Positions 40,686 through 51,683 are shown, numbered from the stretch's first letter. The stretch is 64,000 nucleotides of DNA from a bacterium (GCA_021846685.1 JAJZWL010000002.1:9321-73320); one strand, 5' to 3'. Notes: generated from the sequence alone by a model not told the origin. Translations and numbers: made by a program.

Positions 40686-42122
40686 TCAATTTCTATAATT
40701 TTTATCTAATTCTATAAGTATTTTTTCTTTTACTTCTATCGGATCAATACGCCCTTTCATCTCTTTTACAACCTGTCCTATCAAAAATCCCATAATACCT
40801 TCCTTCCCATCTAAATATTTTTGAACTAAATCTTTATTAGATTCAAGTATATTTTTAATAATACTTTCAATTTTATTAAGATCAGTATCTATTAATTTAT
40901 TGTCTATTTCCTTCTCTATATTGATATCTTCTAACATCATTTTCTTTAAAATCTCTTTTCCTGAAGAAACTGATATCTTTTTTTCATCAATACTATTTAA
41001 TAATTTAATAAAATCATGAATATCACAAGAGCTTATTTCCAATGAATATTCTTTAATAATTGCTATAATCTCAGTTACTATCCAATTAGATAAGTTAACA
41101 TATTCTTTATAAGATTTTGAAACTTTAATGAAAAAGTCATAATAATCTCGCTCTTCAACAATTAAATCTGCTATATCACTAGATATTCTATATTCCTGAA
41201 TCAGAGAGACTAATGCATCTTCTTGTAATATGTCAATCTCCGACAGTGCATCTTGTATAAATTTTTCAGTTAAAATGAAGGGCGGAAGATCAGGTTCTGG
41301 GAAATACCTATAATCATCACTTTCTTCCTTATCTCTTTGAAAAAATGTTTTCGATAAATTATCATTCCAACCCCTAGTTGTTTTGTTTCCTTTCTCTAAA
41401 ACTATACCTTTTTTTTCAAATTCCTCTAATTGCCTTTGACTTTCATAATCAATAGCTCTCTCCATTGATCTGAATGAATTAAGATTCTTAATTTCCGAAA
41501 TAGGAGTTTTGAATATTTTACCTTCCTTTTTAATTTCTAAATTTATATTTACATCAAATCGCATTTGACCTTTTTCCATATCACAATCTGAAACACCTAT
41601 AAACCTTACCACATTATATATTTTTTTTGCATATTCTTTTGCCTCCTCTTTAGAAAACATTTCAGGGGATGAAACTATCTCCAATAAAGGAACTCCAGCT
41701 TTATTCCCGTCCAAAAGTGTATATCCTTTATGATGTAATGATTTTGCAGTATCTTCTTCTAAATGTGCCCTATATATATTTATTTTTTTCCCACTTTTTA
41801 AAACAATATATCCATCTGTATCTATAGGAAACTCAAATTGAGTAATTTGATATCCTTTAAATAGATCTGGGTACATATAATTTTTCCTATCAAATCTGGA
41901 TTTAGAATTAATATTAAAATTTAAAGCCTTACCCACTTTAATAGCCTGAATAACTGCTTTTTTATTAACTACAGGCAATGCACCTGGCAAACCTAGACAA
42001 ACAGGACATAAATGAGTATTTGGACTATCATTAAAATATTTTGCAGAGCAAGAACAAAACATTTTTGTATTGGTCTTAAGCTGAACATGTATTTCTAATC
42101 CTATTATAACTTTTATTTCCAT
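40686..42122 (-). CDS. gatB: Asp-tRNA(Asn)/Glu-tRNA(Gln) amidotransferase subunit B
   Basis: 'IGLEIHVQL', 'CPVCLGLPGALPVVN'. Confidence 0.95.
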   Translation of the reverse strand: MEIKVIIGLEIHVQLKTNTKMFCSCSAKYFNDSPNTHLCPVCLGLPGALPVVNKKAVIQAIKVGKALNFNINSKSRFDRKNYMYPDLFKGYQITQFEFPIDTDGYIVLKSGKKINIYRAHLEEDTAKSLHHKGYTLLDGNKAGVPLLEIVSSPEMFSKEEAKEYAKKIYNVVRFIGVSDCDMEKGQMRFDVNINLEIKKEGKIFKTPISEIKNLNSFRSMERAIDYESQRQLEEFEKKGIVLEKGNKTTRGWNDNLSKTFFQRDKEESDDYRYFPEPDLPPFILTEKFIQDALSEIDILQEDALVSLIQEYRISSDIADLIVEERDYYDFFIKVSKSYKEYVNLSNWIVTEIIAIIKEYSLEISSCDIHDFIKLLNSIDEKKISVSSGKEILKKMMLEDINIEKEIDNKLIDTDLNKIESIIKNILESNKDLVQKYLDGKEGIMGFLIGQVVKEMKGRIDPIEVKEKILIELDKNYRN

Positions 42123-43498
42123 AATTGATTTTCAATTAAATAAGATAAAGAAAGAAGTCTATCCTCCTCAAATGGTCTCCCCATAATTTGTAATCCAGAA
42201 TAAAGATTATCGATTTTTTTATTTGGAATTGAGATTGCTGGATAACCTACTAAATTTGCGGGTACCGTAAACAGATCTGATAAATACATTGACAATGGAT
42301 CTTTTGTTTTTTCTCCTATATTAAAAGGTAGAGTAGGGGTCGTTGGAGATATTAAAAAATCTATATCTTTAAAAACCTCTTTAAATTCATTTTTAATTAA
42401 ATTTCGAATTTGTGTTGCCTTATTATAATATGCATCATAGTATCCTTGAGATAGAGTATATGTACCAATCATTACCCTTCTTTTAACCTCATCTTCAAAC
42501 TTTGACCTAGCATCCTTATAAAAATCACTTATAGATTCGAAATTTTTATCAGGATGAAATCCAAATCTTATCCCATCATAACGAGACATATTTGCACTTA
42601 TCTCTGCAGGCACAAGTATATAATATATAGCTAAAGAATAACTAATATACTTAAAATCTATCTCTACTAAATCGATATTCAATTTTGAAAATAATTTTAC
42701 ACTATCATCAAATGCTTTTGCTATTTCTGTTGATACACCATCTTTAGGCATTTTAAGTATTCCTACTTTTAATTTACTATCATCTTTTAATTTTGTATAA
42801 TCTTTTTTCTCTATATTTATAGAAGTAGAATCTTTCTTGTCAAAACCAGCTATAGAATTTAATACTAATGCAGTATCAGATACATTTGTAGCAATTATTC
42901 CAGGAACATCAAAAGAAGAACCCATAGCTATAAGTCCAAATCTAGAACATAAACCATAAGTCGGCTTTAATCCTACAAGTCCACAAAATGAAGCAGGTTG
43001 CCTCACAGAACCTCCAGTGTCTGTTCCTATACCAAACAGTGAAACTCCCGAGACTACAGCTGCTGCCACCCCCCCTGAAGAGCCTCCTGGAACCTTACTT
43101 GTATCTAACGGGTTTTTAGTTACTCCAAATCCTGAATTTTCAGTTGAAGACCCAAATGCAAAAGCATCTAAATTACCCTTTCCAATTAAAGAAAAATTAC
43201 CTAATTTCTCAACAACAGTAGCTGTATATGGAGATTTATAATTCTCTAATATTCTAGAACCTGCAGTAGTAATTGTACCTTTAATATTTATATTATCTTT
43301 TATAACTCCAGGAATAAAAGATAATTCTGATTCTATTTTTGAATTTTGTAATCTTTTCCTAGTATAATCTTCAGTTATACTAATAAAACAATTAGTATCT
43401 TTATTTACAACATATGCCTTTTTAAAATATATATCGAGAATCTCTGAAGGGGAAATTTTTTTATCTTTTATATTTTTTTTTAATTCTGCTATATTCAT
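42113..43498 (-). CDS. gatA: Glutamyl-tRNA(Gln) amidotransferase subunit A
   Basis: Amidase signature 'GGSSGGVAAAVVSG'. Confidence 0.95.
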   Translation of the reverse strand: MNIAELKKNIKDKKISPSEILDIYFKKAYVVNKDTNCFISITEDYTRKRLQNSKIESELSFIPGVIKDNINIKGTITTAGSRILENYKSPYTATVVEKLGNFSLIGKGNLDAFAFGSSTENSGFGVTKNPLDTSKVPGGSSGGVAAAVVSGVSLFGIGTDTGGSVRQPASFCGLVGLKPTYGLCSRFGLIAMGSSFDVPGIIATNVSDTALVLNSIAGFDKKDSTSINIEKKDYTKLKDDSKLKVGILKMPKDGVSTEIAKAFDDSVKLFSKLNIDLVEIDFKYISYSLAIYYILVPAEISANMSRYDGIRFGFHPDKNFESISDFYKDARSKFEDEVKRRVMIGTYTLSQGYYDAYYNKATQIRNLIKNEFKEVFKDIDFLISPTTPTLPFNIGEKTKDPLSMYLSDLFTVPANLVGYPAISIPNKKIDNLYSGLQIMGRPFEEDRLLSLSYLIENQLWK

Positions 43499-43812
43499 AA
43501 AACTTTTTTTACTTTGATATAACTCTCATCTGTATCTATAAAATTAGATGGATCTAGCTCGAAATCAGTAGCTTTATTTTCACTATCTTCTCTTAAAATA
43601 TTAGAAGAATCGTTCACTTGGAAAAAATTATCTATACCTGCAATATCTACTTCATTAATAATAGAGATATAATTAATAATCTCAGAGATACTATCTCTAA
43701 AATTATCTATTTCCTTATCAGTTAAATCTAATCGTGACAGATTTGCTATTTTTAAAATTTCTTCTTTACTCAACTTTATTGACATCGATATATTATAACA
43801 GCTAATATCCAA
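43495..43812 (-). CDS. gatC: Glutamyl-tRNA(Gln) amidotransferase subunit C (likely true start at internal Met, MSIKLS..., ~43785)
   Basis: About 95 aa; 'LSKEEILKIANLSRLDLTDKEIDNFRDSISEIINYI'; ATGA coupling to gatA. Confidence 0.8.
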   Translation of the reverse strand: MDISCYNISMSIKLSKEEILKIANLSRLDLTDKEIDNFRDSISEIINYISIINEVDIAGIDNFFQVNDSSNILREDSENKATDFELDPSNFIDTDESYIKVKKVL

Positions 43813-43871
43813 ATTTTAAAATACATAATTAATTTATTATATATACAAAAAAATTATGATATAATAATTAA

Positions 43872-44648
43872 ATGCCTAAAAAGAAAGTAGATACAGAACA
43901 AAATCAAAATACATCTATACTGAATAAATATATGTTACCTATCTCAATAATTATAGCAGGGGTAATAATTGGAATGGCTATATTTATTTCTTCACGAGGA
44001 ACTTCAAATACAACTCAGAACCTTAATAATACAAATTCTAAAAGTAGTGCAAGTGCTTCACAAACTACTCCTACAAATAATACAAATACCAATACTGTAA
44101 CTGTTTCTCTTGGTTCTAATCCAGTATTAGGAAATATAAAAACTGCAAAAGTGGGTATAGTAGAATTTGGAGATTTTCAGTGCCCATATTGTAAGGAATT
44201 TAATAATTCAGCCTTTCCTACAATTCAAAGTAATTATATTAATAATGGAAAAATAATCTATTCTTTTAGAAATTATCCTCTAACTACAATACATCCATTA
44301 TCACTAGGTATGGCTCAAGAATCTGGGTGTTTCGGAGAACAAGGCAAGTTTTGGGAATTTGTCAGTAAAATGTACAGCACAAATCAAGATACTAATACTC
44401 CTAATGTAGTAGCTCAATATGCCAAAGAAATGGGTTTAAATATGACAGATTATAATAATTGTGTACAAAACGATCCATTTCAATCTAAAATACAAAATGA
44501 TATTAACGCTGGAAATAGAATTAATCTACAAGGAACACCCTCATTTGTTATCGGAAAATATAAAAATAATAAAGTAACAGGACAAATAATACTCGGATCT
44601 AGAGCAGTTTCATACTATGAAACTATATTAAGTCAATACTTAAATTAA
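43872..44648 (+). CDS. Membrane-anchored DsbA-like thiol:disulfide oxidoreductase
   Basis: N-terminal TM; thioredoxin-fold CxxC 'FGDFQCPYCKEF'. Confidence 0.7.
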   Translation: MPKKKVDTEQNQNTSILNKYMLPISIIIAGVIIGMAIFISSRGTSNTTQNLNNTNSKSSASASQTTPTNNTNTNTVTVSLGSNPVLGNIKTAKVGIVEFGDFQCPYCKEFNNSAFPTIQSNYINNGKIIYSFRNYPLTTIHPLSLGMAQESGCFGEQGKFWEFVSKMYSTNQDTNTPNVVAQYAKEMGLNMTDYNNCVQNDPFQSKIQNDINAGNRINLQGTPSFVIGKYKNNKVTGQIILGSRAVSYYETILSQYLN

Positions 44649-45647
44649 AAATTTTTCTAATATAGTATATCTTAATCCTCTTCCATTCCCAAAAGAAGCT
44701 AAAATATTTTTATTCTTCATATCATTCAAGTCTCTATATGCAGTCATAGGTGAGATCTTATAGATTCTGGAATATTCCAATCTAGAAATATTCTTATTCT
44801 CTAAAAGGAAGAAAAAAATATTTTGTTGCCTTTGATTTAACCCAGATATTAACTTATTTGATAAAAATTTTCTTTTTTCTAAAGAAATATATTTTAAAAT
44901 ATATTGATACTCATCTCTAAAAGCTTTATTTAATATTTCTGATAAATTATTTATCCAAGTATTAATATCCACTGATATATCTAAATCCTTTTTATTTTCA
45001 TAAAATATCTTCAAATAGGGGATATTAGGGAAAAAATCAATATCAAATAACAATAACTTCATTATAACTACTACACTTAAATCATTTAATGCACAAAAAG
45101 GTTTTAATAAAAAAAGATTATATGTAAGTATAAAAACTTTTAAAATTTTAGGATATTTATCATCTTTATAAAAATTGAATAACTCATATAATGAATCATG
45201 AATTTTATCATCATCTACAATTTGTTTTTCTTTTAAAAAATCATATTCTCCATTATATGGAAAATCTGCATTTCTTAATTTACCACTCTCCCAAACCTCT
45301 ACAGTTTTTTCAGTTAATACTTTATTTATCCTAGAAATAACATTCAAAGAAAAAATATCATTTTTATAGATATCAAAAGATGGTATCATTTCATTGCTAT
45401 TTCGATATCCTGATGTAATATGATTATAAAAATTATCTTCAATTTTATGTAACCCAAGAGCATAGGTTTTAATATCAATCGTATCAATTTCTAAATTTAA
45501 TAACTTAGAAAAGTATATAAAATCCTCAATATTGATCTCTTCAGAAACTTTATGTGAAATATCTAGTAATTTAAGTTTAGAGTTTATTTCTACTAAATTT
45601 ATTAAATTATTAAATAAATTTAAAGAAATATCACAGTTTAATTGCAT
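44640..45647 (-). CDS. Fic-family-like protein with a degenerate active-site motif and a C-terminal winged HTH
   Basis: 'KPFCALNDLSVVVIMKLLL' lines up with the Fic motif HPFxDGNGRxxRLL but lacks His, Asp/Glu, Gly and Arg. The C-terminus 'TAYRDLNDMKNKNILASFGNGRGLRYTI' matches the Fic C-terminal wHTH pattern. Confidence 0.4.
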   Translation of the reverse strand: MQLNCDISLNLFNNLINLVEINSKLKLLDISHKVSEEINIEDFIYFSKLLNLEIDTIDIKTYALGLHKIEDNFYNHITSGYRNSNEMIPSFDIYKNDIFSLNVISRINKVLTEKTVEVWESGKLRNADFPYNGEYDFLKEKQIVDDDKIHDSLYELFNFYKDDKYPKILKVFILTYNLFLLKPFCALNDLSVVVIMKLLLFDIDFFPNIPYLKIFYENKKDLDISVDINTWINNLSEILNKAFRDEYQYILKYISLEKRKFLSNKLISGLNQRQQNIFFFLLENKNISRLEYSRIYKISPMTAYRDLNDMKNKNILASFGNGRGLRYTILEKFLI

Positions 45648-45650
45648 AAG

Positions 45651-46835
45651 TTATTTTGAAACTACTTTTCTCAAAAATGCAGGAGTATCATAATCATCAT
45701 CTTCATCTTTAACATCAAACCCTGATTTTTTTTGTTCTTGAGGAATAGTATGTGATGAAGAATCATAATCATTATCTTCCTCTTCAATTGTATCTTTTTC
45801 ATCATCTACTTTTACTGAAAAATCGTCCTTATGTGTATGTATATAATCAGCATCCCTAATAATTACATCTTGTCTTTCTTTATCAAATCCAGTTGCTAAA
45901 ACATTGACTCTAATGGATCCATCTTGAATACTGTCATCAATACTTGCTCCAAATATAATATTAGCTTCTTTATCTGCAGATCCAGATATAATGCTAGCGG
46001 CATCATCTACTTCATGCATAGATAAATCAGTACCTGCTGTAATATTAAATAAGACACCAGTAGCTCCATTTATAGAAAGTTCTAATAGGGGACTATTAAC
46101 TGCTTGTTTTGCTGCTTCCTTTGCCCTATCATCTCCAGTAGATATTCCCATACCCATTAGAGCCGTTCCGGCTTCAACCATGATTGATTTAATATCAGCA
46201 AAGTCTACATTTATCATACCCGCTTTAGTTATCAATTCAGAAATACTCTTTACTCCTTGTCCTAATATATCATCAACCGTCTGCATTGCTTCTACAAAAG
46301 TAATCTTTTTATCAATTATATCTAATAATCTTTGATTTGGAATAACAATAAGTGTATCAACTTTACCTTTTAAATCTTCAATACCCTCAATAGCTGTCTG
46401 AGTTCGTCTATTTCCTTCAAAAGCAAATGGTTTTGTAACAACACCTACAGTTAAAGCTCCTAAATTTTTTGCTATACCTGCAATAACTGGAGAAGCACCA
46501 GTTCCTGTTCCTCCTCCCATACCTGCGGTAATAAAGACCATATCAGCTCCTGAAAGAGCATCATGAATAAGATCAATACTTTCTTCAGCAGCTTGCTTTC
46601 CTACTGAAGCAACTCCTCCTGATCCTAATCCTTTAGTGAGTTCACTACCTATCTGAATCTTTGTTTCTGATAAAGAATTTTTTAATGCTTGGGAGTCTGT
46701 ATTAATAGCAACAAAATCAACACCTGTAATATTATATACAGATATCATAGTATTAACAGCATTATTACCACCGCCACCAACTCCAACTACCTTTATTTTC
46801 GCAGAATTATCAAATGCCTGAGGTTTTACCAACAT
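45651..46835 (-). CDS. ftsZ: Cell division GTPase FtsZ
   Basis: '[17 protein letters not shown]' tubulin signature; acidic C-terminal tail. Confidence 0.95.
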   Translation of the reverse strand: MLVKPQAFDNSAKIKVVGVGGGGNNAVNTMISVYNITGVDFVAINTDSQALKNSLSETKIQIGSELTKGLGSGGVASVGKQAAEESIDLIHDALSGADMVFITAGMGGGTGTGASPVIAGIAKNLGALTVGVVTKPFAFEGNRRTQTAIEGIEDLKGKVDTLIVIPNQRLLDIIDKKITFVEAMQTVDDILGQGVKSISELITKAGMINVDFADIKSIMVEAGTALMGMGISTGDDRAKEAAKQAVNSPLLELSINGATGVLFNITAGTDLSMHEVDDAASIISGSADKEANIIFGASIDDSIQDGSIRVNVLATGFDKERQDVIIRDADYIHTHKDDFSVKVDDEKDTIEEEDNDYDSSSHTIPQEQKKSGFDVKDEDDDYDTPAFLRKVVSK

Positions 46836-46895
46836 ATTTTGATATATAAAATTTTATAATAAACATTAAACCATAAAAACACTATTAAATCAATA

Positions 46896-48197
46896 TTAAG
46901 GAATTAATGTTTTAATCCAGTCAACAAATCCCTTAGCTTTATTACTAAAATCTTTAGATGATACAGAATTTAGAATTTTATCTTTTGATAAAGATGCTTC
47001 TCCATGATTAACTATCCCCTGAACAGTAGAGAAAGAAGGCCCAGAAATTTCACCATTTAATGCAGAATATTTTGTAGGATATCCAACCCTAGCTGAAGTA
47101 TTAAAGAATCTTTGTGCCATTTTAGAAATAGAATAAAGCTTTGCGCCCCCACCTGTTAATACAAAACCAGCAGGCATACTAACATCAAATCCAGCTTTTT
47201 TTATATTAGATTTAACATTAAGAAATATCTCATCTATTCTTGCTTCAATAATTTCATCTATCATACTCTTTCTAACTTCATCAAATCCTGAATCAGATTC
47301 AATTCCAATATCAGAAAGTTTTAATATTAAATCATTATTCATTAATGATGTAGATATATCCTTTTTCGTATATTTACTTTCTTTATCAGCTTTTTCCTGT
47401 CTTTGTTGTGCTTTTTTTATTAAGATAGGGTAATTACATTTTATTTTCTCAGCTTCTTCTATTGTAAGTCTTAATCCTATTGCTAAGTCATTTGTAATAT
47501 TAGCACTTCCTATTGGAATTGAACTTGAAAAAGCAATAGAGTCATCATGATATAGAACTAGATCTGTAACACCAAATCCTATATCTAATAAGACTACTCC
47601 TAAGTCTTTTTCAGTTTGATTAAGAATTATTTCTGCATCTGCCCATCCAGAGAATACAATATCCACAACTGACAATCCTACTTGTGATACACACTTTTTC
47701 AAATTATGTAACACCATACTACTCACAGTAATAATATGAGTATCCATCTCTAATCTTATCCCAGACATTCCTATTGGATCTTTAATTCCTCCTTGAGAAT
47801 CGACTACATACTCCCTTGCAATAGTATGTAATATCTCAACAGATTGTGGAATAGATACTGCTACAGAACTTTCTCTGACTCTAGAGATATCCTCATAGGA
47901 TATTTCATCATTTGATATAGCAATAACACCTTTATTATTAGTACTTGATATTTGTCTGCAACCTAAACTTATATATGCATTAGAAACTCTTATTCCAGCC
48001 ATTCTTTCTGCAGCCTCTAAACTTTCAGATATACAATGAACTGCATCATCTATATTTACAATAACACCTTTCTTAATACCACTACTTTTATAGCTAGACA
48101 CACCTAATACAGAAATATTCTCTTCATCAACATTTATAATTAAAGTTGTAATTTTAGAAGATCCTATATCAATCCCCGTAACTATTCCTTTTGACAT
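46896..48197 (-). CDS. ftsA: Cell division protein FtsA
   Basis: Actin-fold N-terminus 'VTGIDIGSSKI'; 433 aa; directly upstream of ftsZ. Confidence 0.9.
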   Translation of the reverse strand: MSKGIVTGIDIGSSKITTLIINVDEENISVLGVSSYKSSGIKKGVIVNIDDAVHCISESLEAAERMAGIRVSNAYISLGCRQISSTNNKGVIAISNDEISYEDISRVRESSVAVSIPQSVEILHTIAREYVVDSQGGIKDPIGMSGIRLEMDTHIITVSSMVLHNLKKCVSQVGLSVVDIVFSGWADAEIILNQTEKDLGVVLLDIGFGVTDLVLYHDDSIAFSSSIPIGSANITNDLAIGLRLTIEEAEKIKCNYPILIKKAQQRQEKADKESKYTKKDISTSLMNNDLILKLSDIGIESDSGFDEVRKSMIDEIIEARIDEIFLNVKSNIKKAGFDVSMPAGFVLTGGGAKLYSISKMAQRFFNTSARVGYPTKYSALNGEISGPSFSTVQGIVNHGEASLSKDKILNSVSSKDFSNKAKGFVDWIKTLIP

Positions 48198-48250
48198 AAT
48201 ATTTTAATAAATATTAAAAAGTATACATTAATATTTTTATATCTACAATA

Positions 48251-48922
48251 TTAATACTGACAGAAAATTCTACTAAATTCAACATTTATTACATTACATT
48301 TATTATTACTAGTAGTTAATACACCTGTCAATTGATTAATTTGTGTAATTAGTGATTTATGAAAGTTAAATAACACTGTAGGACCATTATTTAAATATAA
48401 AGTCACAATATTATTATTTACTTCATATTTTTTAACAGAAAATATAAATTGTTTAGAAATATCATTAATCAATTTAGACATTAATAAAGAATGACTCAAA
48501 GTATTAGAATATACAATAGGAATATTGCTTTTATAATAACCTTTTATACTATTACCACTATTTGAGACCCAATAATATCTCGAATCTACCTTATCTAAAT
48601 ATTCAATATTTTTATTTTTAATATCTATAATCAGGGTAGAGGGATATTTTTTTTCTATATTAATATATGAGACAAATGGATACTTAGAAGATATAGCATT
48701 TTTAATTTCAGAATTATTTAAAAACAGAATATTATTATTTATGAAATTATTTTTTATAGAATTAGAATACACAGAAGAGTCATAGATTCCATAAATTTTA
48801 ACTTTGTGAATTCTAAAAAATATGAAAGAAAACACAATTAAGATAATAATTAATAATACTATAAATATCAAAAAAATATTGTGATTTATCTTTTTTTTAT
48901 CTATATATTGATTACTTTTCAT
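48251..48922 (-). CDS. ftsQ: FtsQ/DivIB-like cell division protein (bitopic)
   Basis: N-terminal TM and periplasmic domain of the right size; position upstream of ftsA. Sequence similarity is weak. Confidence 0.45.
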   Translation of the reverse strand: MKSNQYIDKKKINHNIFLIFIVLLIIILIVFSFIFFRIHKVKIYGIYDSSVYSNSIKNNFINNNILFLNNSEIKNAISSKYPFVSYINIEKKYPSTLIIDIKNKNIEYLDKVDSRYYWVSNSGNSIKGYYKSNIPIVYSNTLSHSLLMSKLINDISKQFIFSVKKYEVNNNIVTLYLNNGPTVLFNFHKSLITQINQLTGVLTTSNNKCNVINVEFSRIFCQY

Positions 48923-48942
48923 ATATATACTATATTATAATT

Positions 48943-50154
48943 GTGAAACATATAAAAGAAAACAGAAAAGGTCAAGCACTTATAGTAGTTTTACTTATTG
49001 GTATAGTTATCCTCATATTAATAATGACGTTAACCTCTTCTGTTACGAAAAGCCAACAACAAAATAATCAAAATTATGATGGACAGCTAGCCTTTACTTC
49101 AGCTCAATCTGAAGCTCAAAATGGAGTTAATCAGATTAATAACACAAATAATAATAGTAAAGCTCCTCAAAATATATCCACTACAAAGTCTGAATCATGT
49201 ACTGTATCATCAGCTTCTAGTCTTAAAAATTGTCAGTATAATATTACTTCGAAAGGATTATCTGGGACAACAACAACAGTAAATCTTCCTCATGGAGTAA
49301 TGTTACCTATAAATCTACTCTCTTTAACAGGATCAGCTTCCTCAACTAGTAATCTTTCATATACCATTGCAGGAGCCACTGGTGATTCATTACAATTAAT
49401 TTATTTAACTGGACCAAGTGGAAGTGAGACTATGAATACTAAAATAATAAGTTCCATTCCTTCTTCCTATACATCGTCTTTAAGTGGATCAGGGATATCA
49501 GTATTATATTTAGAACTCCTTGGAAGCAAAGGAGGTACAGTGACATATTCAGGAACAACCACTTCATCATCTACTACTACTACACCACACACAGGGACTG
49601 TATATACAGATACGGGTGGATCATGGGGAGGATACTACCCTCCTCAAGGAATATGGAATAGCCCTAATGCTGAAAATGGTGCAATTAATGGAGTTCCTCT
49701 TGTATTTGCAAATCAATTTACATTAACATCTTCGCAAACTGTTACTTTTCATCTATTTACAGATGATACATCAACTATATATTTAAATGGGAATCCAATT
49801 TATTTTGATCAAGGTCCATGGAATTCATCTGGAGCAAACGTACTAACTTTTCCATACACTATACCTGCCGGTACAAATACCATAGATGTATTTGCAGAAA
49901 ATACAGATGGACAAAATCCTGTTTCAACTGGTGGACCATATAACCCAGCAGATTTATCATTACAAGCGACTACATCAACAGGAAACACAATAGTATCAAC
50001 AAGTAATCCAAGTTCATGGACAGTATATCAACCATCAAGCTCTAATCCATATATTTACAGAGGAACAAATCAATCATCATCTGGGACACCAACTGGCCCA
50101 TATACAACATCAAGTGGAATACCTACTGGTCCTTCATATTTAAATCTACCTTAA
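48943..50154 (+). CDS. Surface protein with a prepilin-like N-terminus (lacking Glu+5), a Ser/Thr/Gly-rich linker and a PA14-like C-terminal beta-sandwich
   Basis: 'RKGQALIVVLLIGIV' resembles a type IV pilin leader/TM; C-terminal 'TFHLFTDDTSTIYLNGNPIY...TIPAGTNTIDVFAENTDG' is PA14-like. Confidence 0.35.
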   Translation: MKHIKENRKGQALIVVLLIGIVILILIMTLTSSVTKSQQQNNQNYDGQLAFTSAQSEAQNGVNQINNTNNNSKAPQNISTTKSESCTVSSASSLKNCQYNITSKGLSGTTTTVNLPHGVMLPINLLSLTGSASSTSNLSYTIAGATGDSLQLIYLTGPSGSETMNTKIISSIPSSYTSSLSGSGISVLYLELLGSKGGTVTYSGTTTSSSTTTTPHTGTVYTDTGGSWGGYYPPQGIWNSPNAENGAINGVPLVFANQFTLTSSQTVTFHLFTDDTSTIYLNGNPIYFDQGPWNSSGANVLTFPYTIPAGTNTIDVFAENTDGQNPVSTGGPYNPADLSLQATTSTGNTIVSTSNPSSWTVYQPSSSNPYIYRGTNQSSSGTPTGPYTTSSGIPTGPSYLNLP

Positions 50155-50172
50155 ATATAAATTAATCCAATA

Positions 50173-50835
50173 TTATTTATTCTTCTGACTTCCTCTTATA
50201 ACAATCCTTATAAAAAAAGCTGTAATTAAAGTTAATAGAATAAGATATATAATTTCAATTACTACACTATTAAATTGAGACAGGAATGCTATTAAGTTTG
50301 GATAATACTTTCCTAAAAACAGGCCTAGTATAAGATAAAATACAGTCCATATAATAGTAGCAAATAATGTCGTAGACATAAATTTATAATACTTAAACCT
50401 AAATAAACCTCCTATTACATTAGAAAGTATTCTTAACCCAAAAACCCATCTACCAACAAGAATAGATACAAATCCATGAGATAAAAACCATTCCTGTACA
50501 TCAAGAACTCTCGATTTCGGCATAAAAATATATCTCCCATATTTTTCTATAAAATTTAATCCTTTCCAATATAAAATAGAGTAGAGTATACTAGCCCCAA
50601 TAAATGTAGATAATAGTACTACTAAAATTATTGATATCAAATTAACATGTCCTAATGACAGACTATATCCTGCAAGAAAAAGAAAGAATTCTCCAGGAAT
50701 AGGCATAGGAACACCCATTTCCTCTAATAATATAAATAAAAATAAAAATAAATAAATATTAGGAAATATTACATAATTAATAATATGAGAAATATGTTGT
50801 ATTGAAATTATTGATAAGAATGTATTAAAAAACAT
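50173..50835 (-). CDS. DedA/VTT-family membrane protein
   Basis: 'PIPGEFFLFLAGY', 'KYGRYIF...LSHGFVSILVGRWVFGLR'. Confidence 0.7.
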   Translation of the reverse strand: MFFNTFLSIISIQHISHIINYVIFPNIYLFLFLFILLEEMGVPMPIPGEFFLFLAGYSLSLGHVNLISIILVVLLSTFIGASILYSILYWKGLNFIEKYGRYIFMPKSRVLDVQEWFLSHGFVSILVGRWVFGLRILSNVIGGLFRFKYYKFMSTTLFATIIWTVFYLILGLFLGKYYPNLIAFLSQFNSVVIEIIYLILLTLITAFFIRIVIRGSQKNK

Positions 50836-51467
50836 TAACCTTTACCTTTGCCTTGTAAAAAACCTAGTATATTAATCAAAGCTAGAAATATATTAACAAA
50901 ATCAAGATATAGAGACAAAGCAGCCATATACTCATTTGTCATATTAGGATTTTCTAAAATATTAGAAATATCATAAAGAATAAATCCAGAGAAAATTAAT
51001 ACTACTGCAACTGATATATAAAAATTAAAAATAGGACTTCTAAGAAATATATTAACAATCCCTGCTATAATAATCCCTACTAAAGCTATAATCAAAAATA
51101 CCCAAATTTTAGAATTTACTAAATTAATATTAAAAAAATAGACAATTGATGTAAGAAGTATGAATATAACAGCAGTTATAGCAAGTGCTTCAAAAATTAT
51201 TGATCCTGCACCTATACTAAAAAATGAATAAATGATTGGTCCTATTGTTAATCCTGATATAAAAGTAAATGCAAAAAGCAAAATTGGTGCTAATGTGGGT
51301 CTATTCCTTACAAAACCGATTCCGAATATTAATGCAAACTCTATAATTATAAGTATAAGAAATAATCCAGATGGAACATATTTTGATAAATACACCCCAA
51401 ATACGGCTACAATTAAGGATAATGTGAATATTGTTAAAACTCTAGTTAAAAAACTTGTTTGCACCAT
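50835..51467 (-). CDS. Bax-inhibitor-1/YccA (TMBIM) family membrane protein
   Basis: Seven TM helices; C-terminal 'LSLYLDFVNIFLALINILGF' matches the BI-1/YccA signature. Confidence 0.65.
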   Translation of the reverse strand: MVQTSFLTRVLTIFTLSLIVAVFGVYLSKYVPSGLFLILIIIEFALIFGIGFVRNRPTLAPILLFAFTFISGLTIGPIIYSFFSIGAGSIIFEALAITAVIFILLTSIVYFFNINLVNSKIWVFLIIALVGIIIAGIVNIFLRSPIFNFYISVAVVLIFSGFILYDISNILENPNMTNEYMAALSLYLDFVNIFLALINILGFLQGKGKG

Positions 51468-51526
51468 GAATCTAATTTTATCATAACTTAGAAAAAAAAC
51501 AAAAATCTGATAAAATATACTAATAT

Positions 51527-51598
51527 GCCGATATAGCTTAAATGGTAAAGCATCACTTTCGTAAAGTGGAGTTAGCAGTTCGATTCTGCTTTTCGGCT
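51527..51598 (+). tRNA. tRNA-Thr (anticodon CGU)
   Basis: Cloverleaf folded by hand: acceptor GCCGATA/TTTCGGC, D-stem GCTT/AAGC, anticodon stem TCACT/AGTGG with loop TTCGTAA, T-arm AGCAG-TTCGATT-CTGCT. Confidence 0.8.
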
Positions 51599-51611
51599 TT
51601 TAAAATACAAT

Positions 51612-51683
51612 GTGAGAGTAGTTCAGTGGTAGAATGCTTCCTTCCCAAGGAAGAGGTCGCGGGTTCGAATCCCGTTTCTCACT
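51612..51683 (+). tRNA. tRNA-Gly (anticodon CCC)
   Basis: Acceptor GTGAGAG/TTCTCAC, D-stem GTTC/GAAT, anticodon stem CTTCC/GGAAG with loop TTCCCAA, T-arm GCGGG-TTCGAAT-CCCGT. Confidence 0.8.

Noticed and set aside
48233-48250. Exact 18-bp repeat ATTTTTATATCTACAATA shared between the ftsQ/ftsA intergenic region and the region upstream of uvrB (54183-54200)
   Set aside because: In a ~64-kb sequence this AT-rich, about one chance 18-mer match is expected. The two copies sit in opposite orientation relative to their genes. It is probably just AT-rich promoter-like DNA.
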